Positions 10,475 through 23,329 of a DNA stretch of 64,000 bases are shown piece after piece. A model generated the notes under the pieces. The model made no database searches and had not been told where the DNA came from. It worked only from the letters and a program-made list of their open reading frames with translations. Source of the DNA: Octopus vulgaris (lineage: Eukaryota); NCBI GenBank assembly GCA_951406725.2, contig OX597818.1, positions 38,006,001 through 38,070,000 on the forward strand, given 5' to 3'. How positions within the stretch are numbered: position 1 is the first letter of the stretch; each line of letters begins with the position of its first letter. Both the position numbers and the translations under genes were made by a program.

Positions 10475-12479
10475 ATATCTCCTTATCTTGGCAATGTGTG
10501 ATTGCTGTGAATGAGTGTCATTCATTTCCAATAATTTGCAAAAACATGTCAGGCCATGGGCAAATATCATCATGCTCGGAAACAAACCTAATGGTTAAAA
10601 AGCAGAAAAAGACAAACCAATGGGAGAACAAGCTTCTACATAGTAACTCAACCTATTTGAAAGAGCAGTTGGTTTTCCCTTAATCACATCCTTGTGGTTT
10701 TATAAACAGGAAGGGCATCCAGTTGTAGAAAATGTACCTCAATAAATTTTGTTCAAGCATGGGAAAATAGACATTAGAATGATGATGATGTGCTGTTCTC
10801 ATATTTTCCTTCTTCATTATCAGTAATTTTGAAAAGCTAAACAAGATAATGTTATTTCATTCATTTCAGGATGATACCCCAGCATAACCACAGCCTAATG
10901 GTTAAAAAGCAGAAAAAGATAAACCAATGGGCGAACAAGCCTCTACATAGTAACTCAACCTATTTGAAAGAGCAGTTGGTTTTCCCTTAATCACATCCTT
11001 GTGGTCTTATAAAATAGGATGACGTGTAGGATAATTATCCTACATATATAAAAAAAACAGGATGGTCATACTGGAATGAATTTCATTATGACTTCTTAAT
11101 ATCGGCAGATCTATGGCTATTTAACAAGAACAGAAACCAGTAAAATGGGATGAATAAATGGTAGGCAGAAAGTCTTTATGGAAATTATTTCATCATTTGG
11201 CTGAATCACATTTTCATTCAGATAAGGAGAAAAGAAATAGCTCAAAGGCATTACTCTACTTCTCAAAAATAGCTGAACTTAAATTCATTAATGCTGAAAT
11301 AATCTCTAGAAATTTCTCTATGTCCTTTCCACAGCAAATAAGTAAACTTTTATCAGTACACTTGATTTTTTTTTGCTTTCATGAAGTACATGTTTATTTG
11401 TACTTGATAACAGAAGTTTTGGTTTGTATTTTCTGAATGTTTATCTCCTGTACAGAGCATTTTAGAAATATTTTGTAGTTAGAAGCAAAATTTTCTTTTT
11501 CTAGAACATATTGGAACAAAACAATTTAACTTTATATGCTTTGTAGATATGGTCAAATAAAAATATTCTTCATTTCAACAGTGATTTTGTGAGTCAGAAT
11601 AAAATCATTTAGCTGCTTCAAGATAGATACTGTACCATTTTCCTTACACAGAAAAGAAGCATTTTATGTTTTGCTTAAATCAGATTGAACCACATGAAAC
11701 AATGGTAAGAATTTAACAATTTGGCAAAGCTTTAAGTACAAACATGTCTATGTGGTTTAAGAAGTTTGCTTTAGAATCATGTCTTTAGGATCCAGTCCCA
11801 CAGCATGAACACTGGTGGCTAATGTTCTGTATTATAGATGCAATACTTCATGAGTGAAGTTGGTAGACAAAAACTGAAGACAACTATTATAAGTACATAT
11901 TATTCTGTGGCCATGCCTTTAGTTGAACAAATCGACCTCAAGGACTTATTCTTTGTAAGCCTAGTACTTATGAAATCAGTCTCTTTTGCCGAATTGCTAA
12001 GTTACGAAATGTAAACACACCAACATTGGTTGTCAAGCGATGGTGGGGGGTGGGGGTGACAAACACAGACACACAAACATATATATATATATATATACAT
12101 ATAGGCACAGGAGTAGCTGTGTGGTAAGTAGTTTACCCACTGCATAGCAACTTGAGCAAGTGTCTTCTACTATAGCCTCGGGTCGACCAAAGCCTTGTGA
12201 GTGGATTTGATAGACAGAAACTGAAAGAAGCCTGTCGTGCATATACATACATACGTATGTATGTATGTGTTTGCATCTGTGCTTGTCTCCTCAACATCAC
12301 TTGACAACTGATGCTGGTGTATTTATGTTGCCGTATCTTAGCAGTTCAGCAAAAAGAGACCGATAGACTAAGTACTAGACTTACAAAGAATAAGTCCTGA
12401 AGTCGATTTGCTCAACTAAAGGCAGTGCTCCAACATGTCGAAATCAAATGACTGAAAGTAATAAAAGAAAAAAGAAAAA

Positions 12480-12521
<42 letters not shown>

Positions 12522-13536
12522 GACGAACTTCTTTCAGTTTCCGTCAACCAAAACCACTCACAAGGCTTTGGTCAGCCCAAGTCTATAGTAGAAGACACTT
12601 GCCCAAGGTGCCACACAATGGGATTGAACCTGGGACCACGTGGTTGGTAAGCAAGCTACTTACCACACAGCCACTCCTGCACCTATATGTATATATCTGT
12701 ATGTATTAATTGATGAATTTATATTTATGTATGTATCTATGTATGTATTATATCAGCTACTGTTCGTTTTCCCTCTCCCAAACTTATTTTCTTTAGTAAC
12801 CATGCAGACCCTTTTGCAGGAACCTGCTCTACCCTGACTCTCTCATAGTAATTCCCTTGTCCCCTAGCATGAAAGTGACCCCCATCATCTACTCCATGGT
12901 TAGTGTGTGGCTTGAAGGAAAGCACCCTGTCTGCACTGTAAAGTGGTTGGCATCCGGAAGGAGATTTGGTCATAAAAAGCCATGCCAAATAAGACAATGG
13001 AGCTTGATAGAGTCCTAGGACACATTGGTTCATGTCAAACTGTCCAATCCATGCTAGCATGGAACATAGAAGTTAAATGATGATAGTGATGATGGTGATT
13101 ATGCGTGTGTGTGTGTGTGTGTGTGTGTATGTATTTATGTTTATGTATTGCTTATTTGTGTATGTATTAGTGTGTGTGTGCTTGTATGTTTGTGTAAGAG
13201 ATTTCATACTTTCTCTTCGTCTGGCATGAGTTTGATGACTGTAAACAAAGCAACAGCCTTGTAAACAAATATAGATAGCGTTATATGCTTGTAGTCAACC
13301 GTAAAAGGATGACAGGCTTTGTAACAAGTGTTGACATGTTGTGCTGGTAACTATGTCCAAGCATCTTGTTTTTTGATAAACTAAAGGATTATTGCTTTTT
13401 GCTTGGAAACAGACAATGGTCAGTGACAGGAAGGGTAAACAACCATAAAAAAAAAGGAAAATTTGCTTCATTGAATTCCATTTGACCCATGCAAGCATGA
13501 AAAAGGATCATTGAAACAATTATGATGAATTAAATA

Positions 13537-14065
13537 GGCGTAGGAGTGGCTGTGTGGTAAGTAGCTTGCTTACCAACCACATGGTTCCGGCTTCAGTCCC
13601 ACTGCGTGGCACCTTGGGCAAGTGTCTTCTACTATAGCCTCAGGCTGACCAAAGCCTTGTGAGTGGATTTGGTAGACAGAAACTGAAAGAACCTGTCGTA
13701 AGTATGTATGTATATATATATATATATATATATATAAATATATATATATAAATTAAATTAGAGATAAAACCACTATTAGGCAACTCAAGTAGTGTTTCAA
13801 ACTACCCTGTAAGTTTGGATATACTCCTTAATATTATTATTATATATATATGTTTGTGTGTCTATGTTTGTCCACCCAACATCGCTTGACAACCAATGCT
13901 GGTGTGTTTAAGTCTCTGAATCTTAGTGGTTCGGGAAAAGAGACCGATAGAATAAGTACTAGGTTTACAAAGAATAAGTCCTGGGGTCAATTTGCTCGAC
14001 TAAAGGCAGTGTTCCAGCATGGCCACAGTCAAATGACTAAAACAAGTAAATGAGTAAAAGAGTAA
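13537..14065 (+). mobile_element. tRNA-derived CORE-type SINE (octopus OR-like) with an insertion in its microsatellite
   Basis: Head ggcgtaggagtggctgtgtggtaag (A-box-like), gcttcagtccc (B-box-like), CORE-like accttgggcaagtgtcttctactatagcctc, tail gagtaaaagagtaaaa. Confidence 0.85.
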
Positions 14066-14528
14066 AATAGTCCAACTGATTGAAATATGTCATGCAAATA
14101 TTTGCTTTTAACTGTACCAAATGAACAAAAACATAACTATTTCTTTCAATCAATTTTGGTTAAACCATTGAAATAAAAAGTGGGCTATAATTTATCATAA
14201 AACAAAATTTCCATACTAATTTTTCTCTCTAGCCATCAATTTTTCTGTCATAGTATTTTACAAATTTTCATATTTATTATAAATTTTGAGGACACAAATG
14301 CAATATTATTTCATTAGATCAGCTGTAGATTACTTCCTTTCAAATTATCCAGTTGCCTAAATATTTCTGTTCTATAGAGAAAACAGATTTCCTCTTTATT
14401 TAAAAGCCATTTCAAAAAAAAAAAAAAGAAAGAAAGAAAAGAAAAACAGGATTTGCCAAGATTGTTTGATCTTACAGATAGAATCATAAACCTGAAAAAG
14501 ATGGTTAGTAGCAGCCATATTTGAGATA

Positions 14529-15247
14529 CAAGCAACCCCCACCCCCATCCAATGGACGGTGCTGAGTTGTCAAACATTTAAACCAAATTTTCTCAAAACA
14601 ATTTGTCCGACCGTCCCATAGGCCTCCCCTTTGAGAAACACTGATTTAACCTAAATTTGAGACACCAGCAAATGACGGATTTTGACTGATGCACTTGCAC
14701 ATACAAATGCACGTTCCCATGGCTTTATCAATCGCATTCTCACCTGGAATCGACTTTTGTAATTTTTTCAAGATTTATATATGCCCTGATACTGCCAGTA
14801 TCTACATATCAAATTTGAGCGCAATCGGACAGAGGATGCCCGAGATCCTAGAAGACACACGCACAGACAGAAAGAATGGATTTTATATAATAGACGAGCA
14901 AAACGCCCCCCGTCCAATGGACGGTGCTGAGTTGTCAAACATTTAAACCAAATTTTCTCAAAACAACTTGTCCAACCGTCCCATAGGCCTCTCCTTTGAG
15001 AAACACTGATTTAACCTAAATTTGAGACACCAGCAAAAGACAGATTTCAACTGATGTACTTACACGTTCCCACGGCTTTATCGATTGCATTCTTAACTGG
15101 AATCGATTTTTGTAATTTTTTCAAGACTTATACACGCCCTGATACCGTCGGTATCTACATATCAAATTTGAGCACAATCGGATGGAGGATGCTCGAGACC
15201 CTAGAAGACACACACACAGACAGACAGAACGGATTTTATATAATAGA
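14529..15247 (-). mobile_element. Two head-to-tail non-autonomous Helitron copies (14895-15247 and 14529-14894)
   Basis: On the minus strand each starts TCTATTATATAAAA, has a (CTGT)n tract, a subterminal hairpin CCGTCC-ATT-GGACGG, and ends CTCG/CTTG; the array sits between A and T with no TSD. Confidence 0.75.
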
Positions 15248-15251
15248 TATA

Positions 15252-15643
15252 CTCTTTTACTCTTTACTCTTTTACTTGTTTCAGTCATTTGACTGCGGCC
15301 ATGCTGGAGCACCGCCTTTAGTCAAGCAAATCGACCTCGGGACTTATTCTTTGTAAGCCCAGTACTTATTCTATCGGTCTCTTTTGCCGAACCACAAAGT
15401 GACGGGGACGTAAACACACCAGCATCGTTTGTCAAGCAATGCTAGGGGGACAAACACACACACACATATATATATACATATATACGACAGGATTCTTTCA
15501 GTTTCCGTCTACCAAATCCACTCACAAGGCATTGGTCAGCCCGGGGCTATAGCAGAAGACACTTGCCCAAGATGCCACGCAGTGGGACTGAACCCGGAAC
15601 CATGTGGTTGGTTAGCAAGCTACTTACCACACAGCCACTCCTG
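15252..15643 (-). mobile_element. tRNA-derived CORE-type SINE
   Basis: Well-preserved reverse complement of the family at 24441-24832. Confidence 0.85.
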
Positions 15644-15950
15644 AACAAACAAAATAATGAATTGGATAATCCATATATAGTTCATGAAAAGTTGATCTTG
15701 GTATAAAAAAACAAATAACACCAAATTAAACATGCATGAATCCGTGTGTACATATGTGTAAATTGTTTCTTCAATCAATACTTTTGTACCAGCTGTGAAT
15801 ATTTGCATATTCATTATATAAGAAATAAAGTATTTGCGAAATCACTGCATGGCTATAAAGGGTTTAGGTGCAAATACATATGCACTACACTGCAGGCTTT
15901 AACCTTTTTTTTGCACATGAAACTAGTCATATCTCTTATAACTTGTATGT

Positions 15951-16009
<59 letters not shown>

Positions 16010-16132
16010 TGTGTGTGTGTGTGTGCGTGCATGTGCATATGTGAGATTGCTGTAAACCACAGGGTAAAGTAATGCATATATTTCCTGTAAAACATCAAAA
16101 GTGCTCAATACCTTCCAGCAGAGTACATTGTA

Positions 16133-16922
16133 TTGGGTTGTCCAGAAAGTTCATGCCGATTTATAGTAGCTTACCTTTCGACTTATTTTAGAACATGTTT
16201 GAGTCCATAAAATAGGATATGACTACACCTCCATTTAGAGCACAGTTTTACCCTTTCGTTACTGTATTTATTTTGAGATACTCAGTGTTTCTTTCAATTA
16301 CTTTAAATATAACAAAGAATTTAGTAAAATAACTTAGTTATCATTCAGCTAGTGTTAGGAACATAAATTGCGACTAAGGTTTGGTGGAAGATTTTAATTG
16401 AAAACTTATGAAAACAAAGCATTAGTACTCAGAGCCAGAGCCGGTTTCAGCCAGGTTGGTAACAAAAGGGTTAAGCTATCTTTTCGTGGAAGAAGGTTTA
16501 TTTTCCTATAACCTGTGTTAATTCTGTAACCCTTTAAAATGGAAGATAAGTAAGTTCATTTTCGGCACTTGATGCTTTGGGAACCAGACAAAAATTGCTG
16601 CAGCTCGACTGGGATGTGTCACCCCACCCTCTATATTCACCAGATATTGCTCCTTCAGATTTCCACTTATTCAGGTCTCTGAAGAATAGTCTTAATGGTA
16701 AAAATTTCAATTCCTTGGATGATGTAAAAAGATACCTTGATGAATTCTTTGCTATGAAACCACCTCAATTCTGGGAAGAGGGTATTTTCAAGTTAAAGGA
16801 AAGATGGAGATGCATTGTGCAACAAAATGGTTCATATTTGGTTGACTAAAAATGTAATGGCAAGTATTTATTGACCTTTTTCTTTCCTTTAAAAATCAGC
16901 ATGAACTTTCCGGACAACTCAA
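16133..16922 (+). mobile_element. Internally deleted mariner transposon
   Basis: TIRs ttgggttgtccagaaagttcatgccgattt / aaatcagcatgaactttccggacaactcaa, TA flanks; ORF 16577-16849 has HPLYSPDIAPSDFHLF and WRCIVQQNGSY. Confidence 0.92.
16251..16470 (+). mobile_element. piggyBac-type MITE nested in the mariner
   Basis: TIRs ccctttcgttac / gtaacaaaaggg with ttta/ttaa flanks. Confidence 0.75.
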
Positions 16923-17219
16923 TATCAATACTTAATGTCTGGTACCGTATCTGGACACAGCAATCATCCACAAACTTTTGTCATTGCTGCTGAAGCTAAA
17001 GTCAACAGAACAACATGGATGGGTGATGTTAGTGGTGCTCATTTGAACACTGCCTCAAAGAAAACACTACAACGCTCTCAATGAATATCTAGCAAAAAAG
17101 AGTCAAGTGTGAGTCTACTGAATACACAGAACTTAACTTGAACAGAACCCATTCAGCAATAGTTCAAAATGGGAATTTATGTTTACCTGTGGATAATCAT
17201 AAATCATATTATATCAATG

Positions 17220-17271
<52 letters not shown>

Positions 17272-17344
17272 TGATAAAAATGGTAAGACAACAAAAGAAA
17301 GAAAGAGACATCGATATTATGTAAATAGAGGAATTTGTCTGTAA

Positions 17345-17562
17345 ATGTGACAATTATTCAGTAGCCATGATAAAACTCCGAGTTTTGGATGCTGTGGTGG
17401 AAATCCACACCGCCATCTCTTCAGTTATCCGGCCATTGGAAAAATGCTTTGAAAAAATAGCATTTTTCTGATGGCCAGATAACTGAAGTGATGGCAGCGT
17501 GGATTTCCACCTCAGCATCCGAAACTCGGAGTTTTATGATGGCTACCGAATAACAGTCACAT
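17345..17562. repeat. ~218 bp inverted repeat carrying two inverted hammerhead-like motifs (family A, Penelope pLTR-like)
   Basis: ~100 bp arms around a ~10 nt loop; each arm reads GATAA CTGAAG(A/T) GATG..CATC C(G/A)AAA CTCGGAG TT TTAT. Confidence 0.8.
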
Positions 17563-17665
17563 AATAAGAGTGAAAAATTGAATATTAATTTGATTAATAT
17601 TAATTTAACACCAGTGGTCTAGCATATTTAAAAAATCTGAAGTTTCAGAAAAAAATTATATTACA

Positions 17666-17892
17666 TACATATAAAAGGGATGACCGGTAAGTGGACATCC
17701 ATTATGCTAGAAGAAGATCCGCTATGGTCTTACCACTAAGAAAGGAATGTTCTCAAGAAAAATTTAGCAAAATTTATGTTTTGGCGTTTGCTAAATTTTT
17801 CTTGAGAACATTCCTTTCTTAGTGGTAAGACCATAACGGATCTTCTTCTAGCATAATGGATGTCCACTTACAGGTTTTCCCTTTTATATGTA
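17666..17892. repeat. ~227 bp near-perfect inverted repeat
   Basis: gtaagtggacatccattatgctagaagaagatccg...aatttagcaaa is mirrored by tttgctaaatt...cggatcttcttctagcataatggatgtccacttac. Confidence 0.9.
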
Positions 17893-17920
17893 TTTACACA
17901 CACACACACACATATATGCA

Positions 17921-18830
17921 CGAGGGGTACCCCCCCACCCCCCAAAAAAAATTGGAATTCTGCAATATTATTTTATTCACTTAGTTTTACATGTTTACAC
18001 TTTTATCGCCTTCTAAGTATTCTCCATTTGAAACAATGCATTGTTCCAGGAGCATTTTCCACTATTAGAAGCAGTGCTGGGACTCTTGCAAGGTGATACT
18101 TTTTAATACCTTCGTTGTTTTCTTCTTCACCTCTTCCACATCTGCAAATTCCATAGCACCAACTTTTGTTGCCAGCGATGACCTTCGATAAAAATTCCGG
18201 ATCAACTTCCAATTCTTTCAGTTCACAACACACATTCAGTTGTGACTGCTTTTGATTTTCTGTAGGCAAGCAAGGCACAAATTTTGATACAACTCTTTTC
18301 GTTTGCAATTCCTCACACAAAATTCCTTGGCAGGAGCTCCAGGACACACCAGTCATATCAACAAGTTCATCAATAGTTCAGTGATGGTTCTCCAAAATCA
18401 CTTCATGAATTTTTATGATGTTTTCATTCGTCTGGGAGGTTAACAGTCATCCTGAATGAGGCTGGTCTTCAAGTGACAAGTGACCATTCCTAAAGCATGG
18501 AAACCACTCGTGAACTTGTGTTTTGCTCATGACAGTGTCCTTGTAAGCTGTTTGAAGTATGACATCTGTTTCAGTCACCATTTTCACCAGCAGAAAACAG
18601 AATTTCACAGAAGCACGCTGTTCCATCGTTTCAGCGATCACAAAAGTCAATGAACAGGGGAGAAGCACTACGAAACAAATACACACCACATGGCAGTACA
18701 ACTTCACCAGACAATGCCAGTCGGCAGACTGATGCCTGAGGATCACATCAAGTGGCTTCTAGCAACAGAAACCTGAACTACAAGTTTGTCCCACAGAGAA
18801 TGTTTCCAGTTATTTTTGGGTACCACCTCG
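17921..18830 (-). mobile_element. Internally deleted mariner-family transposon
   Basis: TIRs cgaggggtacc.. / ggtaccacctcg|ta; MEQRASVKFCF, MSKTQVHEWF..FRNG..SLED.PHSG, SKFVP, FLSKVIAGNKSWCY motifs. Confidence 0.88.
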
Positions 18831-19330
18831 TATTGGCACATAAAAAGCACCTTTTGAGCACTGGGCCTCATGGAGATAAGGTAGCCGATGCCAGTAGCAC
18901 GTGAAAAGCACCTTTCAAGTGTTGTGCCTCATGGAGGCAATGACAAATGACCAAGACCTTTGGCATTATGCCGTGCTTGAGAAGAAGACTCACCAAGCCA
19001 AGTGAAATTATATTCAAGGCAGATACTGGTGTCACACAAACGGCACATAAAAGCACCTATTACACTCTCAGAATGGTAGGCATTAGAAAGGGCATCCAGC
19101 CACAGAAACCATACCAAATCAGACTAGAGTCTGAAACAGCCTTCCAGCTTGCCAGCCCAGGTCAAACTATGAAACCTATACTAGCATGGACAACAGATGT
19201 TAAATGATGATGATGATGATATTTTTATATTTGGGAAACCTAGGTGCTGTAAGCATTCCATTTAAATGGCGGTGCCCCAGCATGGCCACAGCTCGTGAGC
19301 TGAAACTAGATAAAATAAAAAATAAAACAA

Positions 19331-19361
<31 letters not shown>

Positions 19362-19739
19362 ACCGCAGTAAATACAACGACGAAATGAATTTAAATATAT
19401 GAAATATATATATATGCATTTATATATACATATACAAGTACACGTACACACACACTAATATATATTAAAATTATTTTAGAAAACATTCCTTAATTTATTC
19501 AGAATATTAGAAAAATAATTTTGTTGAATAAAAATGTATGAATTATATTTTTTAAAGAAAGTTTTTAAAAAAGCAGATGAACACTGACCTTCTGAAAGGA
19601 ATATTTTCTGTAAGAACATCTTGTTGTTTTAAACTTTTCAAATAAACATGTTATAAGGTGATGCAAATATAATCAGTTGCTTTTATTGTTATAACTGTTT
19701 TAACTATTTCTTATTTCAGATTTAGAATTCTTACACAGT

Positions 19740-20170
19740 TACAGTGTATTCTTCTTTTGCTTTTTGTAAATTTTCTTCCTTATTTTGAAAAACGAGAATA
19801 TTCTGAATTTTCTATTTGCACAAATTGAACATTACAAATAGATGGATCTTTGATCTGATGCTCATGCACTCTAACTCAGGCTATAAATGTTGATCCTGTT
19901 TGGCTGGTATAATTCCCATGGCATTGGGAACATGTCATGCAGTAAATAAAATTTTTGGTTTGCAATTCATATTTGCACTATCTTTCAATTCTTTCCCATA
20001 TGTGAATCTCTTGTTTTCTAAAATTTTCAGTCAGTTTACACATCAATAGTCTTTACAACAAAAGTCTCCACATTTGGTTACCTGCATAATTTCTTCATAG
20101 CTTTTCCTCATTAAAAGTCTCTTAAAAGTCGGTGTTTGTCTACAGTTGTTAATAATTTGTGACTCTTGAA
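19740..20170 (-). mobile_element. Decayed Penelope-like element, GIY-YIG endonuclease region
   Basis: With frameshifts the minus strand reads QIINNCRQTPTFKRLL..VTKCG..NMNCKP/KNFIYCMTCSQCHGNYTSQTGSTFIA*VRVHEHQIKDP, matching the PLE pattern NxIYCIxCxxCxxxYIGQT...RxxxH. Confidence 0.7.
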
Positions 20171-20955
20171 TTATTTTTCTGAGATTATATGACTGGTATG
20201 GAATTGAAAGGTATTTTTGGCTGAATGTAAAATGCTATGGTTTCTGCAATTGTGGATGATTATAATTTATATATGTATAAGCACATGTATGTGTGTATAT
20301 ATATATATATATCATCATCATCATCATCATCGTTTAACGTCTGCTTTCCATGCTAGCATGGGTTGGACAATTTTGACTGAGGTCTGGCGAACCAGATGGC
20401 TGCACCAGGCTCCAATCTTGATCTGGCAGAGTTTCTACAGCTGGATGCCCTTCCTAACGCCAACCACTCCGTGAGTGTAGTGGGTGCTTTTTACGTGCCA
20501 TCATATACCCGTACATGTATACATTTATATATGTATGAGAATGCATAAATATATGTCATAAAAGGATATGAATGGATGCTAGCAGTTTGATCCATGCTAT
20601 ATATGTTTCAATACCACAGCATTTTATTTATAGTTCATGCATTATGTCACAATAACAAACCAATTGCCACATTGGGCACTCAACTACTAAGATGACAAAT
20701 ATAAACTGCACACAGAATCAAACCACAGCTATGAGCATGTCCACATGCACACACACACACACACACACATACACACACACACACACATACACACACACAC
20801 ACACATGTACATACATAAAGGTATCAGCATGGTTATATAGTAAAGAAGTTTGCTTTGCAGCCACATAGCTCAGTGTAGCAAATTTTTCTATTAGAACCTC
20901 AGACTGACCAGAGTCTTGTGAGGGTATTTTGTAAAAAGAAACTGTAAGAAACCTG

Positions 20956-21001
<46 letters not shown>

Positions 21002-22089
21002 GTTTACATTTGCACTTCCCTGAAAATCATTGAAGCAGTGATACTGTTAACAAATAGCCTGTTAACTTTGTGTCTTCAAAGACATGAGGAATAAAACATA
21101 CCTTACTTAAAGGAAAGATAAGGGTTAGCAACAGGAAGAGCCTCTGGCTACAAAATAATATCTAAATAATATATTAATCTAACTCTTGCTTGTGTGAGAA
21201 AACAAAATAAATACAAGTGCAGAGGAGTGTGTGTATATATATGCACATATATACATACGTGTGTGTATGTATTTATGCATGTATCATTATTATTTCTTTT
21301 TCACCTCCTACTCACAATTTGAATTTTGTTTCTTGGAATGTTACATCTGCTTCCATTTGGCAGATTTATATTCTGTTCTACATAATCCTTTGTTGTTATT
21401 ACTTCCGTTTTTTATTTTTCGGTGCTTTTGACCACATGTTTTACATTTCTAACTCAAACTGCATATTTGTTTGTCTCCTTCTTCCTTTAGAATCATCTTC
21501 ATCCTTTTAATAGTTTTCTTTTTTTATCTGCCATCTCTCTCACTCAGGCATAGCTGTGTGTGGTAAGAAGTTTTGCTTCCCAATTACATAGGTTTTGGGT
21601 TCAGTTCCAGTGCAAGGGACCTTGGATAAGTGCCTTATACTACAACCCTGGGTTGACCAAAGTCTTGTGAGTGGACTTGGTAGACAGAAACCAAAAGAAA
21701 CCCCTCACACATACACACACACACACATGTGTGTTTGTCTTCAAGTTTGTCCCTACCACCACCACTTGACAACCGATGTTTGTTTGTTTATGTTCCTGTA
21801 GCTTAAAAATTATGCAAAACAGACCGATAGAATAAGTAACATACTCTCGACTTTGCCTTTCATCATTTCAGGGTCGATTAAATAAGTACCAGTTACGCAC
21901 TGGGGTCGATGTAATTGGCTTAATCCGTTTGTCTGTCCTTGTTTGTCCTCTCTGTGTTTAGCCCCTTATGGGTAGTAAAGAAATAGGTATTTCGTCTGCC
22001 GTTACGTTCTGAGTTCAAATTCCGCCGAGGTCGACTTTACCTTTCATCCTTTTGGGGTCAATTAAATAAGTACCAGTTACACACTGAAC

Positions 22090-22880
22090 CAGTCAGCAGT
22101 CAGTAAAATTTGATCCTTGACTTTGACTTCAGTTGCCATGCACTCCTGGTGAGTGATTTTTTGGGACACGACTTGAGCTTACATTGTACTGATAGTAAAA
22201 CCAAAGTCATTGTAGCCAAGAGGACGTGTTCATGCACTACTGCATCCCAGATTTTAATCCTGCATTGAGAACATATTCATTCACAAGCAGGAAGCTGCAC
22301 ACATACTGTCTTCTCCACCATGGCTTGGTCCAGAGTGTGCAAAGGTTAAAGAGCTTTCCACCAATGTGATAGTGTATGAGAAAGTCACTCTCGAAGTTCT
22401 GAAATAAATCAGTCAGCATGGCTACCAACATTATGATGAAAACCTCAGGTGCTAGCACACCTTGTTTAACAGCATTTGAGACTTGGAATACCGCTATTGA
22501 CTCTCCATAATCAATTCTCTCCATGCAACAACCATACCAGAGCAATAAACATGGGATATTGAACTAGGCCATAATTCTCCAGAGCTCCTCACAATTGACA
22601 ATATCGAATTCTTTTATAAGGTTGATTCAAAGTAGTGTAAAAATGATGAAGATACTCCAGACACTTCTGAAGTTGGTATGCCACAACTACCATGTTGATT
22701 TTACAATGACTATTCTCTTTCTAAAGCTACTGTAGCTGTCAGGCAGAAGGCCCTCTTCAAAGAGAACAATCAGCCAGTTCAGCAATATTTGAACAAGGAT
22801 CTTTCAAGCCATTGACAACAGATATATGTTCATGCGGTTGCTACATTACTAACATTTTCTGTTCCTCTTGTAAAGGTAGA
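22090..22880 (-). mobile_element. Decayed RTE (BovB-like) LINE reverse-transcriptase fragment
   Basis: ORF 22237-22545 FQVSNAVKQGVLAPEVF and HYHIGGKLFNL resemble RTE VxNGVKQGCVLAPxLF and YRxDGKLFNL. Confidence 0.72.
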
Positions 22881-23329
22881 CTATTTTCTTCTTATAAAAA
22901 TGTGGTCTGTTACTGAGCATAAATAGATTGACAGCATTAAACAGACAAGATCCTTGAAAGATGGATGGGGCATTTCCTTTGTGTCCTGAACTGTCCCACT
23001 GCTATCAATGAGGAAGCAATATAGCTAATTTTCCCAAAACACATATCACCATATCACCTGCTAAGAAAGTCATAGATGCTCTACCTAATGGCAAGCGCTT
23101 TTGACCTGATATTCCAGCCAATATCCTCACTTTATTTCAAAGCTTAATGAGTTTTTCGATTTAATATTGAATTCAGGAACACCTTTGTAGTTCATCTTTG
23201 CAGAGACCATTGAGGTAATGACAGAAGAAATTGAAAAATGTTATAGTATACTCCGTAAGAAAGAAGATACTTGTCCAAGTTGCCACACAGTGGGACTGAA
23301 ACCAGAGCCATAGTGAAAATCAGTTTTTT

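Noticed and set aside
13537-13610. tRNA-like sequences at SINE heads
   Set aside because: A/B-box-like motifs only, no complete cloverleaf, and each continues into a SINE body.
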